Assembly: GCA_902465015.1 (NCBI GenBank)
Contig: CABQLK010000004.1
Coordinates: forward strand, 5,075-69,074
From: an uncultured Collinsella sp.
GTDB lineage: Bacteria > Actinomycetota > Coriobacteriia > Coriobacteriales > Coriobacteriaceae
Direction: 5' to 3'
DNA: 64,000 nucleotides
Position numbers and translations under genes: made by a program. This document shows positions 1 through 8,828 of the stretch, piece after piece. The notes under the pieces are model-generated. The model did no database searches. It saw only the letters and a program-made list of their open reading frames with translations, and had not been told where the DNA came from. Each line of letters starts with the position of its first letter. The stretch's first letter is position 1.

Positions 1-3
1 GGC

Positions 4-732
4 GTGTACGAGCTCATGCCGTACGCCAACGGCCTGCGTCGCAATGTGAAGAACTGCCTGGACGACTTTGGCATTCCGCTGCACCTGTCCACCACCGTCA
101 CGCGCGTAATCGGTCACGATCGCGTGGAGGCCGTCGAGGTGAGTCAAGTCGACGAGCACCTGGCACCCATTCCGGGGACCGAGCGCGTTGTTCCGTGCGA
201 CACGCTACTGCTTTCAGTGGGCCTGATTCCCGAGAACGAGCTTTCGGTTGCCGCGGGCGTGGAGCTGGATCCCCGCACGCGCGGTGCCGTGGTGGACCAG
301 AACCTGCAGACAGGCGTTCCGGGCATCTTTGCCTGCGGCAACGTGCTGCACGTGCACGACCTGGCAGACAACGTGACGACCGAGTCTGAACGCGCAGGTG
401 CAGCCGCGGCGGCATACGCGTTGGGTGTCGGCGATAGCATGGTCGCCAGCTGCGAGCTCACGGTCTCCCCCGCCGGCATTGCGGGCTACGCACTGCCGGG
501 ACGCATTACGGCTGTGGCACTCACCAAACTCAACTTCCGCGTGCGCCGACCGGTCGATTCCGCCCGTGTGCGCATTCTGGCAGGCGACGAGGAATTGTTC
601 GCAGGCAAGGTCCGCCCGTTTAAACCGAGCGTAATGGAAAGCTTCCCGCTGCCGGCAAAGGTGATTCAGCGCGTACTCGACCTGGGTGTTAGTGAGATTG
701 TTCTGTCCGTCGATCCCGTTGAGGAGGCGTAA
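4..732 (+). CDS. NAD(P)/FAD-dependent pyridine-nucleotide-disulfide-type oxidoreductase, C-terminal part (5' end outside the window)
   Basis: ORF is open to the window edge. It has a GIFACGNVLHVHD FAD-contact-like motif. A DUF1667 gene follows 4 nt later, the usual partner in anaerobic glpA-like clusters. Confidence 0.6.
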   Translation: MYELMPYANGLRRNVKNCLDDFGIPLHLSTTVTRVIGHDRVEAVEVSQVDEHLAPIPGTERVVPCDTLLLSVGLIPENELSVAAGVELDPRTRGAVVDQNLQTGVPGIFACGNVLHVHDLADNVTTESERAGAAAAAYALGVGDSMVASCELTVSPAGIAGYALPGRITAVALTKLNFRVRRPVDSARVRILAGDEELFAGKVRPFKPSVMESFPLPAKVIQRVLDLGVSEIVLSVDPVEEA

Positions 733-736
733 GGCC

Positions 737-1147
737 ATGAGCATAAACGCGATCGAAACGCTGCAGTTCAACTGCACCACCTGCCCATCCGAGTGCCTTC
801 TGACCGTAGAGGTAGAGCGTGACGCAGACGGCGTCGTGGCAGAAGTGCGCTCCGTGACCGGCAACAGATGCCCGCGTGGTGATAAGTTCGCACATCAGGA
901 GCTCACCTGCCCCATGCGCGTACTCACCACCACCGTGGCCGTATCCGGAGGCGACGAGGCGCTGCTGCCCGTGCGCACGGCTGAGGCCATCCCGCTCGAA
1001 CTCCACGCCCAGGCGATGGACCTCATCCGCGGCCTAGTCGTCAACGCCCCCATCCGCATGGGCGACATCGTGCTAGAGAACCTCCTAGACACCAACATCA
1101 GCCTAATCGCCAGCATGAACATCGACCGAGCCCAAGTAGCTAATTAG
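737..1147 (+). CDS. DUF1667 domain protein (Cys-rich, partner of the upstream oxidoreductase)
   Basis: ATG at 737 preceded by GAGGAGG (721-727). Contains CTTCPSEC...CPRGDKF...LTCPMRVLTTTV, typical of DUF1667. The ORF-track start at 686 overlaps the upstream gene. Confidence 0.7.
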   Translation: MSINAIETLQFNCTTCPSECLLTVEVERDADGVVAEVRSVTGNRCPRGDKFAHQELTCPMRVLTTTVAVSGGDEALLPVRTAEAIPLELHAQAMDLIRGLVVNAPIRMGDIVLENLLDTNISLIASMNIDRAQVAN

Positions 1148-1184
1148 GGACGGGGCACTTTTAGCTACTCCACCATCCACCCCG

Positions 1185-1270
1185 CCCTCCTCCGCAGTTG
1201 CGGTGAAATACGGACTGTTTTATGGCTTCAGGCCGCTAAACAGTCCGTATTTCACCGCAACTTATGAGGG
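1185..1270. repeat. Family-1 REP-like palindromic element, copy A
   Basis: Arms CAGTTGCGGTGAAATACGGACTGTTT / AAACAGTCCGTATTTCACCGCAACTT around a ~17 nt loop. Intergenic, between DUF1667 and the M24 peptidase. Confidence 0.85.
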
Positions 1271-1374
1271 CCGCATGGGATGCAAAGGAGTGTCCCAAGG
1301 TGCCGGCATAAAAGGAACGTCCCCAACTGCCGGGCTTGGGATACCATGGTGGCAGCCTAGCGAAAGGACGATGT

Positions 1375-2463
1375 ATGGCACATGTCGATGACCAGCGTGT
1401 GGCGCGCGTGCTCGATGCGCTCGAGGCTCAGCACCCCGGCGCGCAGCTACTCGTAAACGACCCGTGGTCGATTTATTACCTGACCGGCTTTTATGCCGAT
1501 ATGTTCGAGCGTTTTTGCGGCGTGCTGCTCACACGCGGTAACGAGCCCGTGATCTTGGTCAACGCACTGCATCAGCTGCCCGAGTACGACAATGCCCGCG
1601 TCGCCTACCACACCGATACCGACGTTGTGGCCGACGCCATCGCGAGTGAGATCGACCCAGACAAGCCGCTTGGCATTGACACCGTCATGCATTCCGGCTT
1701 TTTGATGCCGCTCATGGAGCGCCGCGCAGCCAGCGAGTTTTTCCTGGGCGACTTTGCCGTCACCGCCGCACGCACCCACAAGGATGCCGCCGAGCAGGAG
1801 CTCATGCACGTGTCCTCGGCCGCCAACGACGCCGTGATGGCCGACGCCATCAAGCTCGTTCACGAGGGCGTGACGGAGCGCGAAATTGCCGACCAGATGC
1901 TCGGTCTGTACCGCAAGCACGACTGCGAGGGCTTTAGCTTTCCGCCCATCGTGAGCTTTGGCGCCAACGCCGGAGACCCACATCACGAGCCCGACGACAC
2001 CGTACTCAAGCGCGGCGACGTAGTGCTGTTCGACATTGGCGGACGTCGCCGCAACTACTGCTCGGACATGACGCGCACGTTCTTTTGGGGCGAGCCGGAC
2101 GAGGAGACCGCACGCGTCTACGACATCGTTCGCCGCGCCAACGAGGCCGCCGAGGCGCTCATCGCACCGGGCGTTCGCATGTGCGACCTGGACCGTGCCG
2201 CGCGCGACGTGATTGAGGACGCAGGCTACGGCAAGTACTTTACGCATCGCCTAGGCCACTCGATCGGTCTGCAGGACCACGAGCCTGGTGACGTCTCGCT
2301 CGTCAACGAGCAGGTCGTAGAGCCGGGCATGACCTTCTCCATCGAGCCGGGCATCTACCTCCCCGGCCGCACCGGCGTCCGCATCGAGGACCTGGCCCTG
2401 GTTACCGAGTCCGGCGTCGAGATTCTCAACGCCTACCCTCACGATCTGGTCCGCCTAGTCTAG
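1375..2463 (+). CDS. M24 family Xaa-Pro aminopeptidase/dipeptidase
   Basis: ATG at 1375 follows GAAAGGA. Metal-ligand motifs DIGG..YCSDMTRT, HRLGHSIGL.DHE and EPG..IED are typical of PepP/PepQ. Confidence 0.85.
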   Translation: MAHVDDQRVARVLDALEAQHPGAQLLVNDPWSIYYLTGFYADMFERFCGVLLTRGNEPVILVNALHQLPEYDNARVAYHTDTDVVADAIASEIDPDKPLGIDTVMHSGFLMPLMERRAASEFFLGDFAVTAARTHKDAAEQELMHVSSAANDAVMADAIKLVHEGVTEREIADQMLGLYRKHDCEGFSFPPIVSFGANAGDPHHEPDDTVLKRGDVVLFDIGGRRRNYCSDMTRTFFWGEPDEETARVYDIVRRANEAAEALIAPGVRMCDLDRAARDVIEDAGYGKYFTHRLGHSIGLQDHEPGDVSLVNEQVVEPGMTFSIEPGIYLPGRTGVRIEDLALVTESGVEILNAYPHDLVRLV

Positions 2464-2466
2464 CCA

Positions 2467-2497
2467 ATGCGGCAAAGGGGCAGCCCCTTTGCCGCAT
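2467..2497 (+). terminator. Stem-loop terminator candidate after the M24 peptidase
   Basis: ATGCGGCAAAGGGG-CAG-CCCCTTTGCCGCAT is a perfect 14-bp stem starting 4 nt after the stop. There is no U-tract, which is common in high-GC genomes. Confidence 0.5.
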
Positions 2498-2511
2498 CCC
2501 ACCAATACCGC

Positions 2512-2671
2512 GCCACAAAAACGGCCTATCTACTACGTTTAACCCGCATGGGTCGACCATAACCGAGTTTTCGCAAAATACGCAAGCCGTCTACCTGCGG
2601 TTTTAATTTCGCGATGTTCCGTATGGTTGGAGGTAACCGGTCAAACGTAGTAGATAGGCCCATTTCGTGGC
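2512..2671. mobile_element. 160-nt MITE-like palindromic element, copy 1
   Basis: ~31-nt terminal inverted repeats GCCACAAAAACGGCCTATCTACTACGTTTAA / TCAAACGTAGTAGATAGGCCCATTTCGTGGC. The interior is also self-complementary. A second 160-nt copy lies at 40611-40770. Confidence 0.75.
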
Positions 2672-2732
2672 AAGCGAGTCAACTCAGGGCACAGGGTAGC
2701 AAAAAAGCCCCATCCCAAATTGACTGCTTTTG

Positions 2733-2808
2733 AGTTGCGGTGATATACGGACTGTCTGAGGCTTCTGGCTTGTAAAACAGTCCGTATTTCACCGCAACTG
2801 ATGAGGGG
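2733..2808. repeat. Family-1 REP-like palindromic element, copy B
   Basis: AGTTGCGGTGATATACGGACTGT...ACAGTCCGTATTTCACCGCAACT, lying 61 nt from MITE copy 1. Confidence 0.85.
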
Positions 2809-2813
2809 ATGGG

Positions 2814-4157
2814 TTAACGGAGGAGGCCGGCCACTTCACCGGCTAGGGTGATGGTGCCGGCTGCTACGAAGGGCTCGCCCGCGGCGTTGAAAGCTGCAAG
2901 GGCCTCGGAAACGCTGGGGTATACGCCCGCGAGCTTATCGGCATCAACGAGGGCGGCGAGCTCCTCTGCCGGCAGGGCGCGATCGGAATCGGTCTGGGTC
3001 ACGACCACGCGGGGGAACGCCGGAACCAGAACGTCAGCGATACCCGCCACGTCCTTATCGGCCAGCGCGGCACACAGCAGCGTGGGGCGGTTCTCCACGC
3101 ACGGATCGATCTCGTCCAGCGCGCTCACAAAGTTCTCGCAGCTCTGAGGGTTATGGCAGGCGTCGATCAGCTTGAGCGGATCAGTTCCCAGTACATCAAA
3201 GCGGCCCGGCGTGGGGCAGCCCATAAGCGAAGCATCCAGCGCCTCGTGGTCGAGCTCGCGACCCAGATACCCCTCGCAAAGCATAATCGCGCACGCGGCA
3301 TTCTGCGGCTGATAGGCCGGCTTGACCATGCTCGACGTATAGATCGCACGCGGCGTGGTGCAGCTAAACTCAACCGTATCGCCCACGTGCTCCGGCACCT
3401 TAGTCGTGGCGTGGCTTACCACAAGCGGCACAACGCCGCACTCGCGGCAACGAGCATCCATCACGCGCTGAACGCTCGCCTCGTGCGTGCCCTCGCCCAG
3501 CACAACCAGGCGTCCGGGCTTAATGACCGCAGCCTTCTCCCCCGCAATGGCCTCGAGCGTATCGCCCAAAATTCGTGTGTGATCGAGCCCAATGCCCGTA
3601 ATGGCAACGGCGACGGGATCGGTCGCACTCGTGGCGTCCCAACGCCCGCCCATGCCAACCTCGAGCACGGTAACATCCACGCGGGCCTCGGCAAACACCA
3701 CAAGTGCAGCAGCCGTCAAAAGATCAAACGGCGTGATGGTATAGGCACGCTCCCCCGCCGCCACACGGCGCGCATTCACGCGATGTCCCGCCTCGACAGC
3801 TGCCGAAACGCCACGGGCAAACGCCTCGTCGCTCACGACGCGTCCATCGACCTCCATGCGCTCGGGATAGCGAACAAGCTGCGGCGACGTATACAGCGCG
3901 GTCTTGAGCCCCTCACCACGAAGAATGGCAGCCGAAAAACGCGTAGTCGAAGTCTTGCCATTGGTGCCGGCAACCTGAATGCAATCAAAGTACTCGTCCG
4001 GACGCCCCAGCTCATCGAGCATATCGACAACCGTCTCGAGCAGAGGACCAGCATCCCCAGAAATCCGCCCCGTATCGGCAGCCAGCCCAACAGCCTCACC
4101 AAACGAAAGCAACTCAAACGAGAAAGGAACGACATAAGACCCAGAACGCTTAGCCAT
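2814..4157 (-). CDS. folC: Bifunctional folylpolyglutamate synthase / dihydrofolate synthase
   Basis: GTNGKTST P-loop and Mur-ligase-like layout. The ATG at 4157 (MAKRSGS...) is chosen over the ORF-track start at 4196. Confidence 0.85.
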   Translation of the reverse strand: MAKRSGSYVVPFSFELLSFGEAVGLAADTGRISGDAGPLLETVVDMLDELGRPDEYFDCIQVAGTNGKTSTTRFSAAILRGEGLKTALYTSPQLVRYPERMEVDGRVVSDEAFARGVSAAVEAGHRVNARRVAAGERAYTITPFDLLTAAALVVFAEARVDVTVLEVGMGGRWDATSATDPVAVAITGIGLDHTRILGDTLEAIAGEKAAVIKPGRLVVLGEGTHEASVQRVMDARCRECGVVPLVVSHATTKVPEHVGDTVEFSCTTPRAIYTSSMVKPAYQPQNAACAIMLCEGYLGRELDHEALDASLMGCPTPGRFDVLGTDPLKLIDACHNPQSCENFVSALDEIDPCVENRPTLLCAALADKDVAGIADVLVPAFPRVVVTQTDSDRALPAEELAALVDADKLAGVYPSVSEALAAFNAAGEPFVAAGTITLAGEVAGLLR

Positions 4158-4313
4158 AACCCAAAGTCCCCCATAACAGAAAAAGAGGCCCACCAAAAAG
4201 AATGAGCCCCTCGCGTTGACAATATCAGCCTTTATCCGCTTGCAGCGAAATCAAGGCCACAACCAAGTGGCCCTAACCTACCAGTTGCAAACAACAACGT
4301 AAACGAAGTAGGA

Positions 4314-4424
4314 GCGGCCCGATGCTTTGCTCGCCGCAAGTTCCGCACGCAAAGGACAGCACTTAATGTGCTGTCCGTCTTGCGCAGGACTGTCCGCAGC
4401 GGAGAGCAAAGCATCGGGACGCGC
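4314..4424. repeat. Long imperfect hairpin (family 2, H1) between valS and folC
   Basis: Outer arms CCCGATGCTTTGCTC / GAGCAAAGCATCGGG. Inner arms GGACAGCAC-TTAA-TGTGCTGTCC. About 110 nt. Confidence 0.7.
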
Positions 4425-4437
4425 CCCCCAGTAAACC

Positions 4438-7134
4438 TTACGAGAAATCAGCAACCTGAGCAGTCAGCGCCGCCAGGATCTCCTTGAGCTCAGCTGCACG
4501 GTCCCTCTTCTTCTGGACCACCGCGGGCGCGGCCTTGGCCACAAAGCCCTCGTTGGCAAGCGTCTTCTCACAGCCGGCGAGCTCCTTCTGGGCCGCGGCG
4601 ATCTCCTTCTCCAGACGTGCCTTCTCGGCCGAAAGATCAACCTTGCCCTCGAGCACCACAAAGACCTCGACGCCGCTGTCGACCACGGCGATGCTCGCGG
4701 CCGGCTTCTCGACGTCGGTACCCATAACCAGCGAGGCGGTGTTGGCCAGCGGCTCGATGGTCGAGCGCAGGCTCTCGAGCTTCTCGATATCCTCGGCACC
4801 GGCGCGCACGACCACGTCGAGCTCGGCCTTGGGGCTCAAGCGATAACGCGAACGCGTGGCGCGGGCGGCGGAAACGACGGTGCGGCACAGCTCAAACGCG
4901 CGCTCAGCATCCTCATCGACATACTTAGCGTAGTCGGCGGGCTCCGGCCACTTGGCGATCATGAGCGCCTCGGCGCGGTCCAGGTTGCCCTCGGCGTCCA
5001 GGTCGAGCACGCTCGCCGGCATGTTGTCCCAGATCTCCTCGGTGACAAACGGCATAAGCGGGTGCATCAGGCGAATGGAGGTGTCGAGCACAAAGATCAG
5101 GTTGCGCTGCGCCTGCAGACGGCCCTCGCCCTTCAGACGGGCCTTGGTGACCTCGACGTACCAGTCGCAGACCTCGTTCCAGAAGAACTGCTGCACGCCG
5201 CGGGCCATGTCGCCAAAGGTGTAATTCTCGATGCCCTCGGTGACCATCTTCACGGCCTTTGCCAGGCGGCTGAACATCCAAGCGTCGGCCGGCGTCTCAA
5301 CGACGGGCTCACCGGGCGTGTAGCCCTCCATGTTCATGAGCAGGAAGCGGCTGGCGTTCCAGATCTTGGTCACAAAGCTCTTGGCCTGGTCGGTGCGCGG
5401 GCTGTCGATGAGCTTCTTGGTCTTCTTGTCGATGTTCGCGTCAAACTTGACGTCCTGGTTGTTGGTGCACAGCGTGAGCAAGTTGTAGCGCATAGCATCG
5501 GCGCCGTACATGCCAATGAGGTCCATGGGGTCAACGCCGTTGCCCTTGGACTTGGACATACGGCTTCCGTCCTTGGCAAGAATCGTCGGGTAGATGACGA
5601 CGTCCTTAAACGGCACCTCGTCCAGGAAGTACAGCGAGCTCATGACCATGCGGGCGACCCACAACGCGATGATGTCGCGCGCGGTGACGAGCGCCGTCGT
5701 GGGGTGATGTCCCTCGAGCAGCTCCGGCTTTTGCGGCCAGCCCTGCGTGGCGAAGGTCCACAGCTGCGAGCTGAACCAGGTGTCCAGCACGTTCTCGTCC
5801 TGATGCACGTGATGGCCGCCGCACTTGGGGCACACATCGGTGTCCTCGGTAAGAGCGTCCTCCCAGCCGCAGTCCTCGCAGTAGAACACGGGGATGCGGT
5901 GGCCCCACCACAGCTGGCGGCTAATGCACCAGTCCTTAAGGTTCTCCATCCAGGTGGTGTAGGTCTGCGTCCAACGCGCGGGGTGGAAGGTAACCTTACC
6001 GGAGTTAACGGCGTCAAGCGCCGGCCCCTTGAGCTTGTCAACGGCCACAAACCACTGCTCGGACAGCCACGGCTCAAGCGCGGCGTCGCAGCGGTAGCAG
6101 TGCATGACGGAGTGATCGAGGTCCTCGACGTGATCGAGCAGGTCGTGCTCCTCGAACCACTTGATGACGGCCTCGCGGCACTCCTCGCGAGTCATGCCGG
6201 TAAACTCGCCATAACCCTCGACGACCACCGCGTGCTCGTCGAAGATGTTGATTTGCGGCAGGTCGTGGGCCTGACCCATAGCGTAATCGTTGGGGTCGTG
6301 GGCTGGGGTGACCTTAACAAAGCCGGAGCCAAAGTTGGCGTCGACATGCCAATCCTCAAAGATGGGGATCTCGCGGTCGACGATGGGAAGCTTGACGGTC
6401 TTACCCACGAAGGCGGCCTTCTCGGGGTCCTTCGGGGAGACGGCGACGCCCGTGTCGCCGAGCATGGTCTCGGGGCGCGTGGTGGCGACGACGATGTAGT
6501 CCTGGCCGTTGACCGGTTCGGTCAGCGGGTAGCGCAGGTGCCACAGGTGGCCCTTCTCGTCCTTATACTCGGCCTCGTCGTCCGAGATGGCGGTGGTACA
6601 GTTGGGGCACCAGTTAACGATGCGCTTGCCGCGATAGATCAGGCCGTCATGATACCAATCACAGAAGACCTTGCGTACGGCCTGCGCGTAGTCCTCGTCC
6701 ATGGTAAAGCGCTCGTTGTCGAAGTCGACGGAGCAGCCCATACGCTTGATCTGCTCGACGATGATGCCGCCGTACTCGTGGGTCCAGTCCCAGCAGGCGT
6801 CGACAAACTTATCGCGACCGATCTCCAGGCGGCTGATGCCCTCGCTCTTGAGCTTCTTGTCGACCTTTGTCTGCGTGGCGATACCGGCGTGATCGGTGCC
6901 CAGCACCCAGCGCGTGGACTTGCCGCGCATGCGGGCCATACGGACGATGGCGTCCTGGATGGAGTCGTCGGTGGCATGGCCCATGTGGAGCTTGCCGGTC
7001 ACGTTGGGAGGCGGAATGGTGACGGTGCAGTCGCCCACGCCCTCACGGCGCTTGTAGTAGCCGCCGTCGAGCCACTTCTGCAGGATCGCCGGCTCGTTGG
7101 TCGACGGATCGTAGTTCTTGGGCATTTCTTCCAT
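4438..7134 (-). CDS. valS: Valine--tRNA ligase
   Basis: Class I HIGH (PNVTGKLHMGH) and KMSKS motifs plus a C-terminal coiled coil. ATG at 7134 (MEEMPKNYDP) with GGGAGAG upstream. Confidence 0.95.
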   Translation of the reverse strand: MEEMPKNYDPSTNEPAILQKWLDGGYYKRREGVGDCTVTIPPPNVTGKLHMGHATDDSIQDAIVRMARMRGKSTRWVLGTDHAGIATQTKVDKKLKSEGISRLEIGRDKFVDACWDWTHEYGGIIVEQIKRMGCSVDFDNERFTMDEDYAQAVRKVFCDWYHDGLIYRGKRIVNWCPNCTTAISDDEAEYKDEKGHLWHLRYPLTEPVNGQDYIVVATTRPETMLGDTGVAVSPKDPEKAAFVGKTVKLPIVDREIPIFEDWHVDANFGSGFVKVTPAHDPNDYAMGQAHDLPQINIFDEHAVVVEGYGEFTGMTREECREAVIKWFEEHDLLDHVEDLDHSVMHCYRCDAALEPWLSEQWFVAVDKLKGPALDAVNSGKVTFHPARWTQTYTTWMENLKDWCISRQLWWGHRIPVFYCEDCGWEDALTEDTDVCPKCGGHHVHQDENVLDTWFSSQLWTFATQGWPQKPELLEGHHPTTALVTARDIIALWVARMVMSSLYFLDEVPFKDVVIYPTILAKDGSRMSKSKGNGVDPMDLIGMYGADAMRYNLLTLCTNNQDVKFDANIDKKTKKLIDSPRTDQAKSFVTKIWNASRFLLMNMEGYTPGEPVVETPADAWMFSRLAKAVKMVTEGIENYTFGDMARGVQQFFWNEVCDWYVEVTKARLKGEGRLQAQRNLIFVLDTSIRLMHPLMPFVTEEIWDNMPASVLDLDAEGNLDRAEALMIAKWPEPADYAKYVDEDAERAFELCRTVVSAARATRSRYRLSPKAELDVVVRAGAEDIEKLESLRSTIEPLANTASLVMGTDVEKPAASIAVVDSGVEVFVVLEGKVDLSAEKARLEKEIAAAQKELAGCEKTLANEGFVAKAAPAVVQKKRDRAAELKEILAALTAQVADFS

Positions 7135-7153
7135 ATATCTCTCCCTTGCCCGT

Positions 7154-7268
7154 CGGCGTGTCCGCCTGCTTGGTTTTCGCTCGGTCAGATCCTGGGCTCG
7201 CACGAAGAGCACATTTAGTGCTCTTCGGCTCGTGCGGAATCTACGAAAACCAAGCAGGCGGACACGCC
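7154..7268. repeat. Long hairpin (family 2, H2) in the valS 5' region
   Basis: GGCGTGTCCGCCTGCTTGGTTTTCG ... CGAAAACCAAGCAGGCGGACACGCC (25-bp perfect outer stem). Inner stem GAAGAGCAC-ATTT-AGTGCTCTTC. It ends ~20 nt upstream of the valS ATG. Confidence 0.75.
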
Positions 7269-7361
7269 TTAGGTATCGATTACTTCAGTCTGAATGGACT
7301 TTGCTGAGACTTTAAACAAACACACAGAATAACACAGGTAGTTGGGGTTATTGCGTATATA

Positions 7362-7398
7362 TAAAATAGCCTCCGACCGCGGGTGGTCGGAGGCTATT
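7362..7398 (-). terminator. Rho-independent terminator after clpX
   Basis: On the minus strand, AATAGCCTCCGACC-ACCCGC-GGTCGGAGGCTATT is followed by TTTATATATA. Confidence 0.8.
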
Positions 7399-7420
7399 TG
7401 CAACCACGTTTTTGGTTGGT

Positions 7421-8827
7421 TTACCCGTAGATGCGTTGGGGCTGTTCTTCGCCCTTTACGGAGGCTTCAGTCACGATGACCTTGGAAACACCCTCCTCGC
7501 TGGGCAGGTCGAACATCGTCTGCTGCAGCACGTCCTCGCAGATGGAACGCAGGCCGCGGGCGCCGGTCTTGCGGGCGAGCGCCATGCGGGCGATCTCGTG
7601 CAGGGCGGCGTCCTCAAACTCAAGCTCAACGTCCTCGAGCTGGAACATCTTGCGGTACTGGCGCACCACGGCGTTCTTGGGTTCGGTCAGGATCGACACC
7701 AGGTCATCCTCGTCGAGCGCCTGCGTCTGGGTGACGACGGGCGTACGTCCCACAAACTCGGGGATCATGCCAAAAGCGTTGAGGTCCTGCGGGAGTACCT
7801 GACGCTGCAGGTCGTTCTCGTCGACCGAGGTGGGGCCGGCAATCTCGGAGTTAAAGCCCACGCCCTTGTTGCCCACGCGATCGGCAATAATCTTGTCCAG
7901 ACCCACAAAGGCACCGCCGCAGATGAACAGGATGTTGGTCGTGTCGATCTGCAGCAGCTCCTGCTGGGGATGCTTGCGGCCGCCGGTGGGCGGAACGCTT
8001 GCCACCGTGCCCTCAAGGATCTTAAGCAGCGCCTGCTGAACGCCCTCGCCCGAAACGTCGCGGGTGATGGAGAGGTTCTCGGCCTTGCGGGCGATCTTGT
8101 CGATCTCGTCCACGTAGATAATGCCAACCTGTGCGCGCTCAATGTCGCCATCGGCGGCGTTGATGAGCTTGAGCAGGATGTTCTCCACGTCCTCGCCAAC
8201 GTAACCGGCCTCAGTAAGCGCGGTGGCATCGGCGATGGCAAACGGCACCTCGAGGATGCGCGCAAGCGTCTGGGCGAGCAGGGTCTTGCCGGTACCAGTG
8301 GGACCGAGCAGCAGGATGTTGGACTTGGCGAGCTCCACATCATCCATATCATCGTCGAGTTGCGAGTCCAAGCCGTCGTCAAAGGCCGAAAGCGCAGCGC
8401 CACCCTCAATCACGCGGCGGTAGTGGTTGTACACGGCAACCGACATGGCGCGCTTGGCGTCCTCCTGGCCCATAACATAGGCCGAAAGCTCGTCATAAAT
8501 CTCGTGCGGCGTCGGCACGTGCGTGATGACCTGGCGGTCGTCCTCGAGCTCAAAGCCCTCGGTCTCGGGGTCCACGGCGGGCTGGGATGCAGCCTGACCA
8601 TGGTCGTTGAGGAAGCCCGGCAGCTTGCCGTTGCGGGCAGCGTCCATAAAGTCCGAAGCCAGCGACTCCTCCAGAATCTCGGAACAGGCGGCGACGCACT
8701 CGTCACAGATAAAGATGTTGGTCGGGCCCTTTACGAGGCGACGGACCTGGCCCTGCTCTTTTCCGCAGAAGGAGCAGCGGATGGGGTTGCCGTTCTCGTC
8801 AAAGTTGTCCTGCATGTTTCCTGCCAT
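7421..8827 (-). CDS. clpX: ATP-dependent Clp protease ATP-binding subunit ClpX
   Basis: N-terminal zinc finger CSFCGK...CDEC and Walker A GPTGTGKT. The start is taken at ATG 8827 (AAGGA 8 nt upstream); 8836 and 8815 are alternatives. Confidence 0.93.
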   Translation of the reverse strand: MAGNMQDNFDENGNPIRCSFCGKEQGQVRRLVKGPTNIFICDECVAACSEILEESLASDFMDAARNGKLPGFLNDHGQAASQPAVDPETEGFELEDDRQVITHVPTPHEIYDELSAYVMGQEDAKRAMSVAVYNHYRRVIEGGAALSAFDDGLDSQLDDDMDDVELAKSNILLLGPTGTGKTLLAQTLARILEVPFAIADATALTEAGYVGEDVENILLKLINAADGDIERAQVGIIYVDEIDKIARKAENLSITRDVSGEGVQQALLKILEGTVASVPPTGGRKHPQQELLQIDTTNILFICGGAFVGLDKIIADRVGNKGVGFNSEIAGPTSVDENDLQRQVLPQDLNAFGMIPEFVGRTPVVTQTQALDEDDLVSILTEPKNAVVRQYRKMFQLEDVELEFEDAALHEIARMALARKTGARGLRSICEDVLQQTMFDLPSEEGVSKVIVTEASVKGEEQPQRIYG

Positions 8828-8828
8828 C

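Noticed and set aside
1185-1270. Family-1 hairpins as integron attC sites or a CRISPR array.
   Set aside because: The arm ends (GTTGCGG) do not fit the attC GTTRRRY core, and the flanking genes are core housekeeping genes with no integrase. The copies are dispersed single palindromes rather than regularly spaced direct repeats, and no cas genes are present.
1203-1391. 62-aa plus-strand ORF upstream of the M24 peptidase.
   Set aside because: It starts inside the family-1 palindrome and ends inside the peptidase gene in another frame, so it is most likely fortuitous.
5062-7218. Very long ORFs antisense to real genes. Examples: 5062..7218, 7412..8863, 9670..10944, 12481..13656, 15188..16666, 19188..20387, 20937..22778, 22845..23954, 24021..25535, 25337..26590, 28034..29140, 29100..30662, 31327..32793, 33952..35823, 36470..38212, 41262..42602, 60505..61971.
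   Set aside because: Their translations are low-complexity and rich in Arg/Gly/Ala/His/Asp with no recognisable motifs. Each one mirrors a strongly supported gene on the other strand. This is the usual stop-codon-poor antisense artefact of high-GC DNA.
7135-7360. T-box riboswitch in the valS leader.
   Set aside because: There is no T-box sequence (AAUUAGGGUGGUACCGCG-like), no specifier-loop/AGAGA features and no terminator/antiterminator pair. The region is dominated by one near-perfect long hairpin of the family-2 type.
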